From: a virus
Length of the DNA stretch: 64,000 nucleotides
Reading direction: 5' to 3' (one strand)
Virus record (IMG/VR): IMGVR_UViG_3300050343_000122
Coordinates: 1-64,000 of that record
Part shown: in pieces, positions 40,308-49,575 of the stretch
How positions within the stretch are numbered: position 1 is the stretch's first letter
Layout of the letters: each line of letters starts with the position of its first letter
Program-made: the position numbers and the translations under genes
Notes under the pieces: generated by a model
Told to the model about the DNA's origin: nothing
The model's database searches: none
What the model saw: only the letters and a program-made list of their open reading frames with translations

Positions 40308-41450
40308 TTATGGATCTGGACAATCCTCAATGTTAGTAATACGTCCATTTGTATCAATTTTTATAAGCCAAGTTCCTGGATCAGCTGTAGATATAGACAT
40401 TTGAAACTTGTACCATTTGTTGTCTCCGTTAAATGTTTGAAGTGCTGGAAATATTACATCATATGTAAAATCATTTATTTGTGGTTCAGCAAGTGATCCA
40501 TTTTTCCATAGGAATGCAGCAAGGTCAGCATTACATAAACCAATATTTAGATTTGAACTACTAGTTATTGATCTTATACCAGCTGCAAGAGATGCACTAG
40601 GTGTTGTACTAGTAGTTGTCGTAATTGGAGTTTTAGTTGTTGTAGTACCAGTAAGTGTTACGGTAGGATTATTTAAGGAACAATCACATGTAGTAGTAGT
40701 TGTTGTTGTTGAAGAAGAGCTGGTACTAGTTGTAGTGCTAGTAGAACTAGTAGAACTAGTAGTTGTTGTTGTAACTTCTTTATAAGTATCAGCTATAAAG
40801 GAGAAGTCTACATCAACTCCTGCTCCAGTATAATTAGGACTTAGGGCACTTACAAAACTATCAGTACAGAAAGTACACACATCCTGTCCTTGATATAGTA
40901 TTCCGTCTTTTTGAATTGTATTGATAAAATTGTAAACTCCGACTCTGTTACTATCTATTGTAGCAGAAACTACATCTCCTGGTAAGATTTGAATAGTTCC
41001 ACTTTGTGAAGATGCATTACCTGTAATAGTTGCATCTACAACATTAGTTCCATTAACATCTATTTTTAAGTTACTGCTCTGTGGATCTGCCGCAATTAGA
41101 GAACTTGGAGTGTTTGTTATCAACTCCCAATTAAATCTATTAGGTGGTTGATCTGTTGTAGTGGTTGATGTTGATGTTGAAGTACTTGTAGTAGTTGATG
41201 TACTAGAACTACTTGTTGTAGTTGTTGTAGGACAATTAGTTGGTAGGTCAATACAATTATCACATGTACCAACAGAGCAGACTCTTATAATAGTTGCTCC
41301 TGTAGGAAGTTCAATAACATATCCATTAGTTAAAGTTAAAGCAGGAACTTGTGTTTGAAATGGATTAGTATATCCATCTGCATCTGAGTATAAATCAAAA
41401 GGTCCAGCAGAGCCTCCTGGGGGTATGGTTATGTTTATTTGTATCAACAT
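40308..41450 (-). CDS. GPF-domain, Thr-linker multi-module protein
   Basis: 380 aa. GGSAGPFDLYSDADGY...LPTGATIIRVCSVGTC, then three Thr/Ser tracts separating two modules. Confidence 0.75.
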   Translation of the reverse strand: MLIQINITIPPGGSAGPFDLYSDADGYTNPFQTQVPALTLTNGYVIELPTGATIIRVCSVGTCDNCIDLPTNCPTTTTTSSSSTSTTTSTSTSTSTTTTDQPPNRFNWELITNTPSSLIAADPQSSNLKIDVNGTNVVDATITGNASSQSGTIQILPGDVVSATIDSNRVGVYNFINTIQKDGILYQGQDVCTFCTDSFVSALSPNYTGAGVDVDFSFIADTYKEVTTTTTSSTSSTSTTTSTSSSSTTTTTTTCDCSLNNPTVTLTGTTTTKTPITTTTSTTPSASLAAGIRSITSSSNLNIGLCNADLAAFLWKNGSLAEPQINDFTYDVIFPALQTFNGDNKWYKFQMSISTADPGTWLIKIDTNGRITNIEDCPDP

Positions 41451-41453
41451 ATC

Positions 41454-41705
41454 TTATGGTGTTGGTGTTGTTGTGGTAGTTGTAGTTTGTTCTAATACAA
41501 TATCAAAACTATTTTCACATAATGAATCTGACGTTACTCTTATTATAGTAGTAAAATCAGGAACTACAGTACTAGTATAGCCAGCTAATAAATTAACTTT
41601 AGTTACACCAGTTTCAAAAGCAGCAGTGAACCCATCTACATCTGAGAACAGATCGAAGGGTCCAGTATTGTTTCCTGCAGTTGTTAGTTTAATAAATGCT
41701 TCCAT
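41454..41705 (-). CDS. Stand-alone GPF domain with poly-Thr tail (83 aa)
   Basis: Likely start MEAFIKL at 41705 (TAATG overlap with the upstream gene). AGNNTGPFDLFSDVDGF...IRVTSDSLC, ending TTTTTTTPTP. Confidence 0.7.
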   Translation of the reverse strand: MEAFIKLTTAGNNTGPFDLFSDVDGFTAAFETGVTKVNLLAGYTSTVVPDFTTIIRVTSDSLCENSFDIVLEQTTTTTTTPTP

Positions 41706-42016
41706 TATGATCCGCAACAAGTATTTAGTGTGTTATTTATATTTATAACTTGCTCTTTTATAGCAGAAATATCTGATGTATTAGTTGCTTGTTGAGTCTT
41801 CAATATACAAAGAAGTTCGTCAATTTTAGACAAAGCAACGTTTAAATCATCACAAGGTTCTACATTAGAACAAGGTAATATTGGTCCATTGTATGTAATA
41901 GATTTTGAATAATGTATTCCAGTTTGACATGGATCATTACTTACAGAAGTAGAACAACCACAAGTAGTGTTCACTGCTATATTTGTACAACAAGGATTAG
42001 TGGGTAAGTATGCCAT
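41705..42016 (-). CDS. Small Cys-rich coiled-coil protein, fibre-associated
   Basis: 103 aa. The ITYNGPILPC..VEPCDDLNVALSKID module is shared with 8..403 and 42028..43164. Confidence 0.65.
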   Translation of the reverse strand: MAYLPTNPCCTNIAVNTTCGCSTSVSNDPCQTGIHYSKSITYNGPILPCSNVEPCDDLNVALSKIDELLCILKTQQATNTSDISAIKEQVININNTLNTCCGS

Positions 42017-42027
42017 TGTTTTTAGTA

Positions 42028-43164
42028 TTAAGGTATGTAAATTATATAATATGATCCAATTCCAGGTTGATAATTATTATGTGGTAATCCTCCACCAGTA
42101 GAATTTATTGTAACAGTTGTAGCTACACTTTGACTAACCTCAGTAGTTTTTCCTACAGTAGCTGTATTACTTGCTCCTCTAAGTGCATATCCTAAGTTAC
42201 CACCTGTGCTTTTTGACTGGCGAATATAGTTATTGCTTGTAGGAGGATTTGTTTCATTTGAACTTCCCATAGTTGCAACAAGGTGGGTGTGAGAAGCTGG
42301 ACTAAGTGAAGCTACTACAGTATTAGTGTGTGTATGTGAAGGTATTTGTGCTGTTGTTAATACAACTTGATTTGTTCCAGTAAGGTCATTTACGTTATAT
42401 GTAGGATTTCCACTAACAGACGGATCAACTATTTTATCCATAGTTTGACCTGGCATATCAGTAGCTCCAACAGCTACTCTTCCTCTCATATCTGGTGTAC
42501 CATTGTTTCCATTACATAGAAATATTCTATCCCAAATACCTATTCCTGCACCTGATGCATCAAATGGTGTTAAGTCTCCAAAGTATGGCTGTGCAGAAAA
42601 TGGAACCATTCGATTACTAATAAGCTGTTGCTGAGGATTAGTGTTTAAATAGTTTTCTATATACGTATTAATATCAACAATTCGTACGTAGTTGTTTGTA
42701 ACATCAGTAATAAAAGTGTTCAGTGACTGCTCAACTTCACACAACTTATTTATAGTTTGTTGTAATACATCTGATGTACTTGTAGTATCTGTTACTCCAG
42801 ATACACAGCCTACATCATAGTTTACATCTGATCCTGAACCACCTTCTATCTCACTTACTTCTTCCTGTAATTTACAGATAGTTTTGATTATACCTACTAG
42901 GTAGTTATTTAAAGTTAATGGATTACAGTCATCTAGATTAGCCTGCACTGCAGGGCATATATCTGATGGGGGAACCACAGGTGTTATACCTGTTCCGTCT
43001 AGTGTAGATCCTAAAAAGGTAATAAGAGCTTGCTCCACAAATGATAGGGAGTCTCCATTCTTTATTCCTAGTATAGGAACGTCTACACCTGTATATTTAA
43101 CGCACTTGTCTGAAGTAATTTCAGTACATCCGTTATAACAATTTGAGCAATTTTGTGTTGACAT
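42028..43164 (-). CDS. Short tail fibre with phage tail-collar-like domain
   Basis: LCNGNNGTPDMRGRVAVG, VVLTTAQIPSHTH and GGGLPHNNYQP..YYIIY motifs; Cys-rich N-terminus and coiled coil. Confidence 0.8.
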   Translation of the reverse strand: MSTQNCSNCYNGCTEITSDKCVKYTGVDVPILGIKNGDSLSFVEQALITFLGSTLDGTGITPVVPPSDICPAVQANLDDCNPLTLNNYLVGIIKTICKLQEEVSEIEGGSGSDVNYDVGCVSGVTDTTSTSDVLQQTINKLCEVEQSLNTFITDVTNNYVRIVDINTYIENYLNTNPQQQLISNRMVPFSAQPYFGDLTPFDASGAGIGIWDRIFLCNGNNGTPDMRGRVAVGATDMPGQTMDKIVDPSVSGNPTYNVNDLTGTNQVVLTTAQIPSHTHTNTVVASLSPASHTHLVATMGSSNETNPPTSNNYIRQSKSTGGNLGYALRGASNTATVGKTTEVSQSVATTVTINSTGGGLPHNNYQPGIGSYYIIYIP

Positions 43165-43188
43165 AATTTTATTTATTTGTTTATCACA

Positions 43189-46100
43189 CTATGGTGATGT
43201 TTGTGTTACGCTTAGAGAAATAGCACCTGTTCCTGTTACAAAAAAGTTTCCAGCTACTGGACCTATTAATGTTTCAGCAGCTCCAGTATCGGTATCAGTA
43301 AAACTAGTAAATCCACTAACTTGAAGACCACTTGCTGTTAAAGTGCAGTTTTGTCCTGGGTTACTTGATTTATAAGTTGCTTGTAGATCATAATTCTTTC
43401 CGTTTACTAAAGTAAAGTTGTAAGTTCCATTACTGTTTGGATCAGCAGGATAACTCTCTGAAACATTACCGTCTTCACCATCAAAAGATACAAACTGAAC
43501 TCCGTCTCCAGGATCTTCAAAGTCTATTATAAGGCTTGCAGGTGCAGTTGCAGTAGTAATAGTATCATAAAGCCAAACACTATTACTTACACCTGTTTGA
43601 GTCCAGTTGGGAAAGACAAATGTATAGTCACTAGATGCAGATACAAGACTTGTATCGAATTGCGTTGGTTGAACACTAGTGGTTAGTTTGTGTTCAACAA
43701 AAGTAGTATCGCTTGATAAATTTTCAGTTGTCATTGATGCACTAATAACGTCACCTACTGCTGTCATTATAACACCACCGTCTGATGAATTAGTTGTGTT
43801 TATATTAGAATTTACAACTGTTGTACCATTAATTACTATCTTAAGATTCGCACTCCTAAATAGACTTGATCCACTTGGGTTAGAGTCTCCAGTAAACACC
43901 CAATTCCATGCATACGATTTAGGATCAGGAGTTGTACTTGTAGTAGTTGTACTACTTGTACTTGTTGTTGTAGAAGTACTTGTAGAAGTACTTGTGGACG
44001 TACTAGTAGTACTTGTACTTGTGGATGTACTTGTACTTGTGCTTGTGCTAGTAGAACTACTTGTAGTAGTGGTAGTAGGCACAGGAGTAGTAGTTGTTGT
44101 TGTTGTAGGTATAGGTGTGGTAGTACTAGTAGTTGTACTAGAAGTGCTAGTAGAACTACTTGTAGTAGTAGTGGTTGATCCACAATCTCCATATGCAGTA
44201 ACTTTATAACCATCTCCAGTTGTATGATCAAAGGTAGAAAGTATTGATGATAAGTCATTACCATTTGCATCTATCTTTGAAAATTGGAATGCACTTGTAC
44301 CTGATAACGGACCTGAAGCAGCGTTAGTGCTAACTTTACCATAAGGAACAGTAACTGCTCCAACTCCAACATCAAGAAGTTGATACACTGCTGTATAGTC
44401 TACTCCTCCTATATTAAATACTACATCATAGTTGGTATTTGGAACTTGAGACCAGTTGGTATAACTTGTTGTGTTTGTAGTTGGTCCAACGAAAGATGAT
44501 CGAACATATAGAGAGGGGGTATTCACACCTACAGGACTTGGTGGGTCTGTATACCAGAAGTTATTATCTGTAGTAGTTAAATAGTCAAACTCTAGACATC
44601 CAACTAGTGGTGTAATAGTTGTTGTTGTAGTTGTAGTACTAGAAGTGCTCGTAGAAGTGCTAGTGGACGTGCTAGTAGATGTACTAGTTGAACTACTTGT
44701 TGTAGTAGTAGTTGGTACAGGGGTAGTAGTACTAGTAGTTGTACTAGAAGTACTTGTACTGGTACTGGTACTGGTACTTGTACTAGACGAACTTGTTGTA
44801 GTTGTTGTTAGCTGATCATCTGGACATAAATAAAAATCAAGAAGGCAACCTGCTAACTTATCTCCTACATGTGTAAATATTAGTTCATTAATTCTATCAC
44901 CATTGTTTCTAGGAAATATATTAAATAAAGCACGAGCTGGTTGATCTCCTGAATTCAACTTTGCTTTAAATATCACACTACCATCTGTCTCATTAGAAAC
45001 TATAAAACTATCAGGATTTTCTCTACATACCTGTATAAATGATATATTAAGATCTACGTCAGATGTTACTCTCACTGTTTCATATATTCCTGGATTAGGA
45101 TAATACCCTATACCAGTACAGTAAAATGCCATAGATGATATTGAGTTATCAAATGACATTGTAGATGAAGCACACTTTCCACCACCTAGAGCATATGTAC
45201 CCTGATTATTATATTGATTATTGTGGAAACCTTGTAGTTCACAATCTGGATCAGTTCCATTATTTGCAAGAAGTTGCGAAGAAGAACTTGGAACATATGT
45301 TGTCTCACAATCAGCGTTATCAGATGATAATGTCAGTACAAATCCATTACTTAATGTTTTAACTCCATTTCCAGTGCTTATTCCTGGGAATCCCTCTGGA
45401 GCATCAAAGTTATAAGGTTGGCTACAGTTACCTGAAATAGGAGCTGAACTAGTGGTGGTGGTGGTGGTTTCAGAACCACAGTTATTTTCTAAACTACCTG
45501 TAAATCCTACTTGCCAGTACGCTTCACTTTCACAATATATTATTTTCTGGTCACTTTGTCCATCTATAGTTATATACTCAATTGTATCTGGATCTACTAG
45601 TGGACCAGGAGTAACAAACTGCTGTATACCCATTTGTTCTGCAACCATATCTATTCTACAGGCATAACCATATAGATAACAACCAGCTGCCACCTGAGCT
45701 CCACCAGCATAACATAGTCCTATTATCTTGATAGTTCCCTCTATATCTGCGAGGAGGAGTGATCCTGAATCTCCTGAATATATAGGATTACAACAATATT
45801 CTGTTGTACTCGCATTATCAGGATCTTCTTGAGGAGGTTTAATAAATCTAATAGCATCAGTAAACTTACAATTTACACTAGTTGCTTGTGAACTAGGATA
45901 AGCTATATTTTCAAGCGTAGCATTTATTGATTGAATTAACATAGGACAATCTGGTACAATACCTTTAGGTCCAGTAGTTCTTCCAGTACTATATACACGA
46001 GGGTTTGTAGCTAATATATTATCTATTTCTAATGTAGAAGCAAACGGTGGTGGATTACTACCTAGTATAGACTCTAGTCCTACTTGATTCCATGCAATTG

Positions 46101-46779
46101 TTGGATCCCATCTTGTCGGATCAATGGAAATTATAGCTGCATCTACCTGATTAAATAAACCTGTAGACTTTGCATGAATAGGAACATACTGTAAACTTAC
46201 ACCACAGTTATAACTTGCAGGTGTGGATGCACTTCCAAATTCTCCTTGTTGGTATACATAATCTACTGGACTATATTCATTTACAAGAGCTCCAGTAACA
46301 CTTCTATCAGATGTATAAAATGCATCTTGAATAGTAACGTGATTATTTGTTAAACCAACTGAACAGCCTGTTTCTGAATGTATAACTACACCTCCAAGAG
46401 TACCTACACTAGTTCCATTATTTCTACTAGAAAAAGAAATACCACCTTGTAAATGTTGAAAGAACTGTCTGTTTGCTAGTGAAGTGTTATTTGTTTGTCC
46501 ACAAGTTGAAGAACACGTACCTATAATTTCATGCTTCGCTATTTCTATTACATCTGTTTTTATACTTTTTCCAGATACTATAACACGTGATGGAATATGT
46601 TCATTTATTGAAATCTCAGAAAGAGGCTTCTTTTTTTCTACAGCTATAACTATAGCAAAGTCACCTGTCCACGTTCCATTAACAACTTTTCTTCCCCAAG
46701 CAACACTAGTTACATTAGGAAGTTGCTGAGACAACTCTAATATTCTATCTTTTATTTCTTGTGTTAATAGTCCTTTCAT
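43189..46779 (-). CDS. Chymotrypsin-like (S1, Nal1-type) serine protease fused to Thr/Ser linkers and beta-sandwich modules
   Basis: GTLGG, LTNNHV (His 46339-46341), VDAAII (Asp 46141-46143) and GDSGS (Ser 45766-45768); N-terminal prodomain-like region; long Thr/Ser tracts. Confidence 0.85.
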   Translation of the reverse strand: MKGLLTQEIKDRILELSQQLPNVTSVAWGRKVVNGTWTGDFAIVIAVEKKKPLSEISINEHIPSRVIVSGKSIKTDVIEIAKHEIIGTCSSTCGQTNNTSLANRQFFQHLQGGISFSSRNNGTSVGTLGGVVIHSETGCSVGLTNNHVTIQDAFYTSDRSVTGALVNEYSPVDYVYQQGEFGSASTPASYNCGVSLQYVPIHAKSTGLFNQVDAAIISIDPTRWDPTIAWNQVGLESILGSNPPPFASTLEIDNILATNPRVYSTGRTTGPKGIVPDCPMLIQSINATLENIAYPSSQATSVNCKFTDAIRFIKPPQEDPDNASTTEYCCNPIYSGDSGSLLLADIEGTIKIIGLCYAGGAQVAAGCYLYGYACRIDMVAEQMGIQQFVTPGPLVDPDTIEYITIDGQSDQKIIYCESEAYWQVGFTGSLENNCGSETTTTTTSSAPISGNCSQPYNFDAPEGFPGISTGNGVKTLSNGFVLTLSSDNADCETTYVPSSSSQLLANNGTDPDCELQGFHNNQYNNQGTYALGGGKCASSTMSFDNSISSMAFYCTGIGYYPNPGIYETVRVTSDVDLNISFIQVCRENPDSFIVSNETDGSVIFKAKLNSGDQPARALFNIFPRNNGDRINELIFTHVGDKLAGCLLDFYLCPDDQLTTTTTSSSSTSTSTSTSTSTSSTTTSTTTPVPTTTTTSSSTSTSTSTSTSTSTSTSSTTTTTTTITPLVGCLEFDYLTTTDNNFWYTDPPSPVGVNTPSLYVRSSFVGPTTNTTSYTNWSQVPNTNYDVVFNIGGVDYTAVYQLLDVGVGAVTVPYGKVSTNAASGPLSGTSAFQFSKIDANGNDLSSILSTFDHTTGDGYKVTAYGDCGSTTTTTSSSTSTSSTTTSTTTPIPTTTTTTTPVPTTTTTSSSTSTSTSTSTSTSTSTTSTSTSTSTSTSTTTSTSSTTTTSTTPDPKSYAWNWVFTGDSNPSGSSLFRSANLKIVINGTTVVNSNINTTNSSDGGVIMTAVGDVISASMTTENLSSDTTFVEHKLTTSVQPTQFDTSLVSASSDYTFVFPNWTQTGVSNSVWLYDTITTATAPASLIIDFEDPGDGVQFVSFDGEDGNVSESYPADPNSNGTYNFTLVNGKNYDLQATYKSSNPGQNCTLTASGLQVSGFTSFTDTDTGAAETLIGPVAGNFFVTGTGAISLSVTQTSP
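43930..44176 (-). repeat. Low-complexity Thr/Ser-coding tract (ACT/ACA/AGT repeats)
   Basis: Encodes an ~80-residue T/S/P linker that is a near-duplicate of the 44610-44810 tract. Confidence 0.9.
44610..44810 (-). repeat. Low-complexity Thr/Ser-coding tract
   Basis: Encodes TTTTTSSSSTSTSTS...TTTPVPTTTTTSSSTSTS... Confidence 0.9.
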
Positions 46780-46788
46780 ATCTATGTG

Positions 46789-49551
46789 TTATGCTGGTTC
46801 TGACCCTGCACTGAATTTGGTAAATATTGTTCTTACACCAGGTATAGGTGTAGTAGTGGTAGTTGTTGTTGTTATATCAGGATCTGTTGTAGTAGTGGTA
46901 GTTGTACCAAGTACTGCAAATCCATCATTTGTTCTACATAATGGTAAACTTCCTGAACTTCCACCAAAGTATTCATCTTCGTTTGCTACTTCTTCCCAAA
47001 CATGTGTTTGTAGATTAACTCTATATAATCTAAATCCTCCTGTAGTAATACCTAAAGTTACATATAAATAATCATCAACTACAGCCATATCTCCACCACT
47101 GTTCCAATTACCAACTGGTCCTGGAATCTCTACTTCTAGATTACCTGTGTCATAATCAAACTGAGCAAGTACATATGGTTGAGTTCCATAATTAGATTTG
47201 ACTGCTATAAATTTATTTGGTGTTCCATCTTCTTTAAGGGTAACCACATGTTCACCAGAACCATTAAATGGTTCAGGTATAAAGAATTTAAGTGCAACTG
47301 CTAATGTTGTAGATCCATCTACAAATTCAGCTTCAATCACTTGTTGACCTCCTCCAGCAAAGGAAGAGATACCATACGATAGTACCATTAAGTTGTCATT
47401 AACCGTACTTACTCCAAAAAAAGTAGGAGGAAATATATTAGGTAACCCACTTTGATCTATAGTATAAAGTATACCCTCCCATGTAAAGTTTGAAGGTGTA
47501 CCACTTGGTAATGTGGTATCATAACTCCATCTTGTAAATTGTGTAATTCTATCTCCTTCTGCATTTTTATTGTTAACTTGACCAATAAAATAATTATTAG
47601 TAATATCTGAATTAGGTAGTTGGAAATAGCTACCTCCTGGAAGAGCAATTTCCTCTATAGTATTTGTTACAGTATTTTGTGAATAAACTCTACTATAGGT
47701 TCCATTCAAATTATCAGGAGCACATATTCCATCACTACATCTATATGCAACGTTACGAGTAAATATTCTTGAACAACTTAAAGGAGGGGTGACACAACCA
47801 AGCAGAATTGGTCCCCCAGTTGGTGCATTACCGGATATAGTTATAACAGTAAAGTTGGTAGGAGTTGTTACAATAAACTCTCCATCACCTTCTGTATTGT
47901 AATCTGGCACACCTCCACCTATTCTATTTCCTTGTACTTGTACATTACATCCATTACTTATTGATATAGAAGGTGTTCCTGTATTTGTAGTAATTTCATA
48001 AACGTCCCCAGCACTAAAGTCAGGAGAAGTGTTAAGTACAGCAGCTCTAATAGGAAGATTATTAATAGGACTTTCAAAAGTTAGAGTAATACTAAAATCA
48101 TTACCTTGAACAGTTGTTAACTTATTAGTTGCAGCTGGATTAGATAATCCACTACATCCGCTATTAGGTATACCTCCAACTGGATTTCCTGGTAGTAATG
48201 CTAAGAAGTTATCGTCAGCACTAGCTGTAACCTGAATTCCCTGATATGTAAAAGTAACAGGCCCAATATAGAAGAGGTTATTTTCAGCATCTCGTTCAGT
48301 TAGTGCAGGTATCCAAGTAGCCTCACAATCAGGATCTGTTAATTTAATACCAACATTTGCACAACCAGTTGATGTATGTATCCAAACACTATCGTCAGCC
48401 ACTGTAGTTTCTAATGTAGCATTATATGGTGCTGTTTGACTTATGTTATATACTTCAAGTGTTTCTGGTTGAATTACTTGTATTAATCCATTTACACCCC
48501 ATACAGGCATAGCTTTAGTTGAACCAGTCCATGTAGATGTAAATTCAGGAACACCAGAATTCTGTAAGTTGATTATAGGAGTGTTAGGATTTGGTGACCA
48601 ACTACCAGATGAAGGTAAGCCTGGATATTGTTTAATTCGATTTGAGGCATTGAAATCACTTTGGTCTTCATAATATCTACTAGAAAGAATAACATCACCA
48701 TCATTAGTAATAAACATACCTGTAAGCTCTGTTGTGTGTCCAAAGGTATTACCAAAGCTAACAGTGACTTGATCACTATTATTAAATTCAGTTAATTCAA
48801 TATCTCCAACTGTAGAAATGTCCCATTCGTAAACACCCATAGCAACATTTCCATTAAATCTATCGCTAAACCCTACAAGTAATGTTTTATTATCAGAGGT
48901 TGTAGCTATTGTAGATATTTTAGTTCCCCATATACTTTTGTAATTAAGTGAACTTACAGCAATCGTTATTTCTCTAACATAAGATAAAGTTGGTGCAGAA
49001 CCAGATAGAACTATGTCCCACTCTCTAATGTATGCCACTGTATTATCAGTTGTAACACTAGCCAACCATAACTTATCTTCTGTAGAGCAGATAGGTCTGT
49101 TGATTCCTACAGTAGTTGTAAAGTCATTAGGTACAAGCACAGGACTTGAAGAATTAGTATTAAAGTCATATACAGCTATTTCTCCAGGGTTACCTCCATA
49201 AGTTGACCATGTACATGGTGAGAATGCTGGATAATTAGTACTTGTTGTAGTACTTGTTGATGATGACGTGGTTGTTGTTGTTGTAACATCACAAAGAATA
49301 GATCCAGAAAAATCACAGTTTGGTGTAGCACAAGAATAAATATCTGTTGTATTAGGTGTACACAATGCACCCAAGTCCAACAGTCTAACAGTTATAGTTC
49401 CATCAGGGGCTAATGATGTTTCATACCCAGACAATAGATCCGCTTTACTCACACCTGTCTCAAATGGAGTAATAAACCCATCTACGTTCGAGTATAGATC
49501 AAAAGGACCTGTGTCTGCACCTGCAAAACTTAATGTTATTATTATTGTCAT
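46789..49551 (-). CDS. GPF-domain adhesin-like protein with two beta-propeller-like and one jelly-roll-like module
   Basis: 920 aa. N-terminal AGADTGPFDLYSNVDGF; Thr tracts near both ends; internally repeated beta-rich domains. Confidence 0.7.
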   Translation of the reverse strand: MTIIITLSFAGADTGPFDLYSNVDGFITPFETGVSKADLLSGYETSLAPDGTITVRLLDLGALCTPNTTDIYSCATPNCDFSGSILCDVTTTTTTSSSTSTTTSTNYPAFSPCTWSTYGGNPGEIAVYDFNTNSSSPVLVPNDFTTTVGINRPICSTEDKLWLASVTTDNTVAYIREWDIVLSGSAPTLSYVREITIAVSSLNYKSIWGTKISTIATTSDNKTLLVGFSDRFNGNVAMGVYEWDISTVGDIELTEFNNSDQVTVSFGNTFGHTTELTGMFITNDGDVILSSRYYEDQSDFNASNRIKQYPGLPSSGSWSPNPNTPIINLQNSGVPEFTSTWTGSTKAMPVWGVNGLIQVIQPETLEVYNISQTAPYNATLETTVADDSVWIHTSTGCANVGIKLTDPDCEATWIPALTERDAENNLFYIGPVTFTYQGIQVTASADDNFLALLPGNPVGGIPNSGCSGLSNPAATNKLTTVQGNDFSITLTFESPINNLPIRAAVLNTSPDFSAGDVYEITTNTGTPSISISNGCNVQVQGNRIGGGVPDYNTEGDGEFIVTTPTNFTVITISGNAPTGGPILLGCVTPPLSCSRIFTRNVAYRCSDGICAPDNLNGTYSRVYSQNTVTNTIEEIALPGGSYFQLPNSDITNNYFIGQVNNKNAEGDRITQFTRWSYDTTLPSGTPSNFTWEGILYTIDQSGLPNIFPPTFFGVSTVNDNLMVLSYGISSFAGGGQQVIEAEFVDGSTTLAVALKFFIPEPFNGSGEHVVTLKEDGTPNKFIAVKSNYGTQPYVLAQFDYDTGNLEVEIPGPVGNWNSGGDMAVVDDYLYVTLGITTGGFRLYRVNLQTHVWEEVANEDEYFGGSSGSLPLCRTNDGFAVLGTTTTTTTDPDITTTTTTTTPIPGVRTIFTKFSAGSEPA

Positions 49552-49575
49552 CTTTATCTACAATTTTTGATTTTA

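Noticed and set aside
43679-44209. Plus-strand Val/Leu-rich ORFs (also 41161..41358, 46784..47071, 50639..50896, 29912..30154) resembling membrane proteins
   Set aside because: They are antisense shadows of the Thr/Ser codon tracts in real minus-strand genes.
43930-44810. CRISPR array or DGR template/variable repeat pair
   Set aside because: The repeats are in-frame low-complexity codons with no repeat-spacer periodicity and no adenine-specific mismatch pattern. No reverse transcriptase is present in the window.
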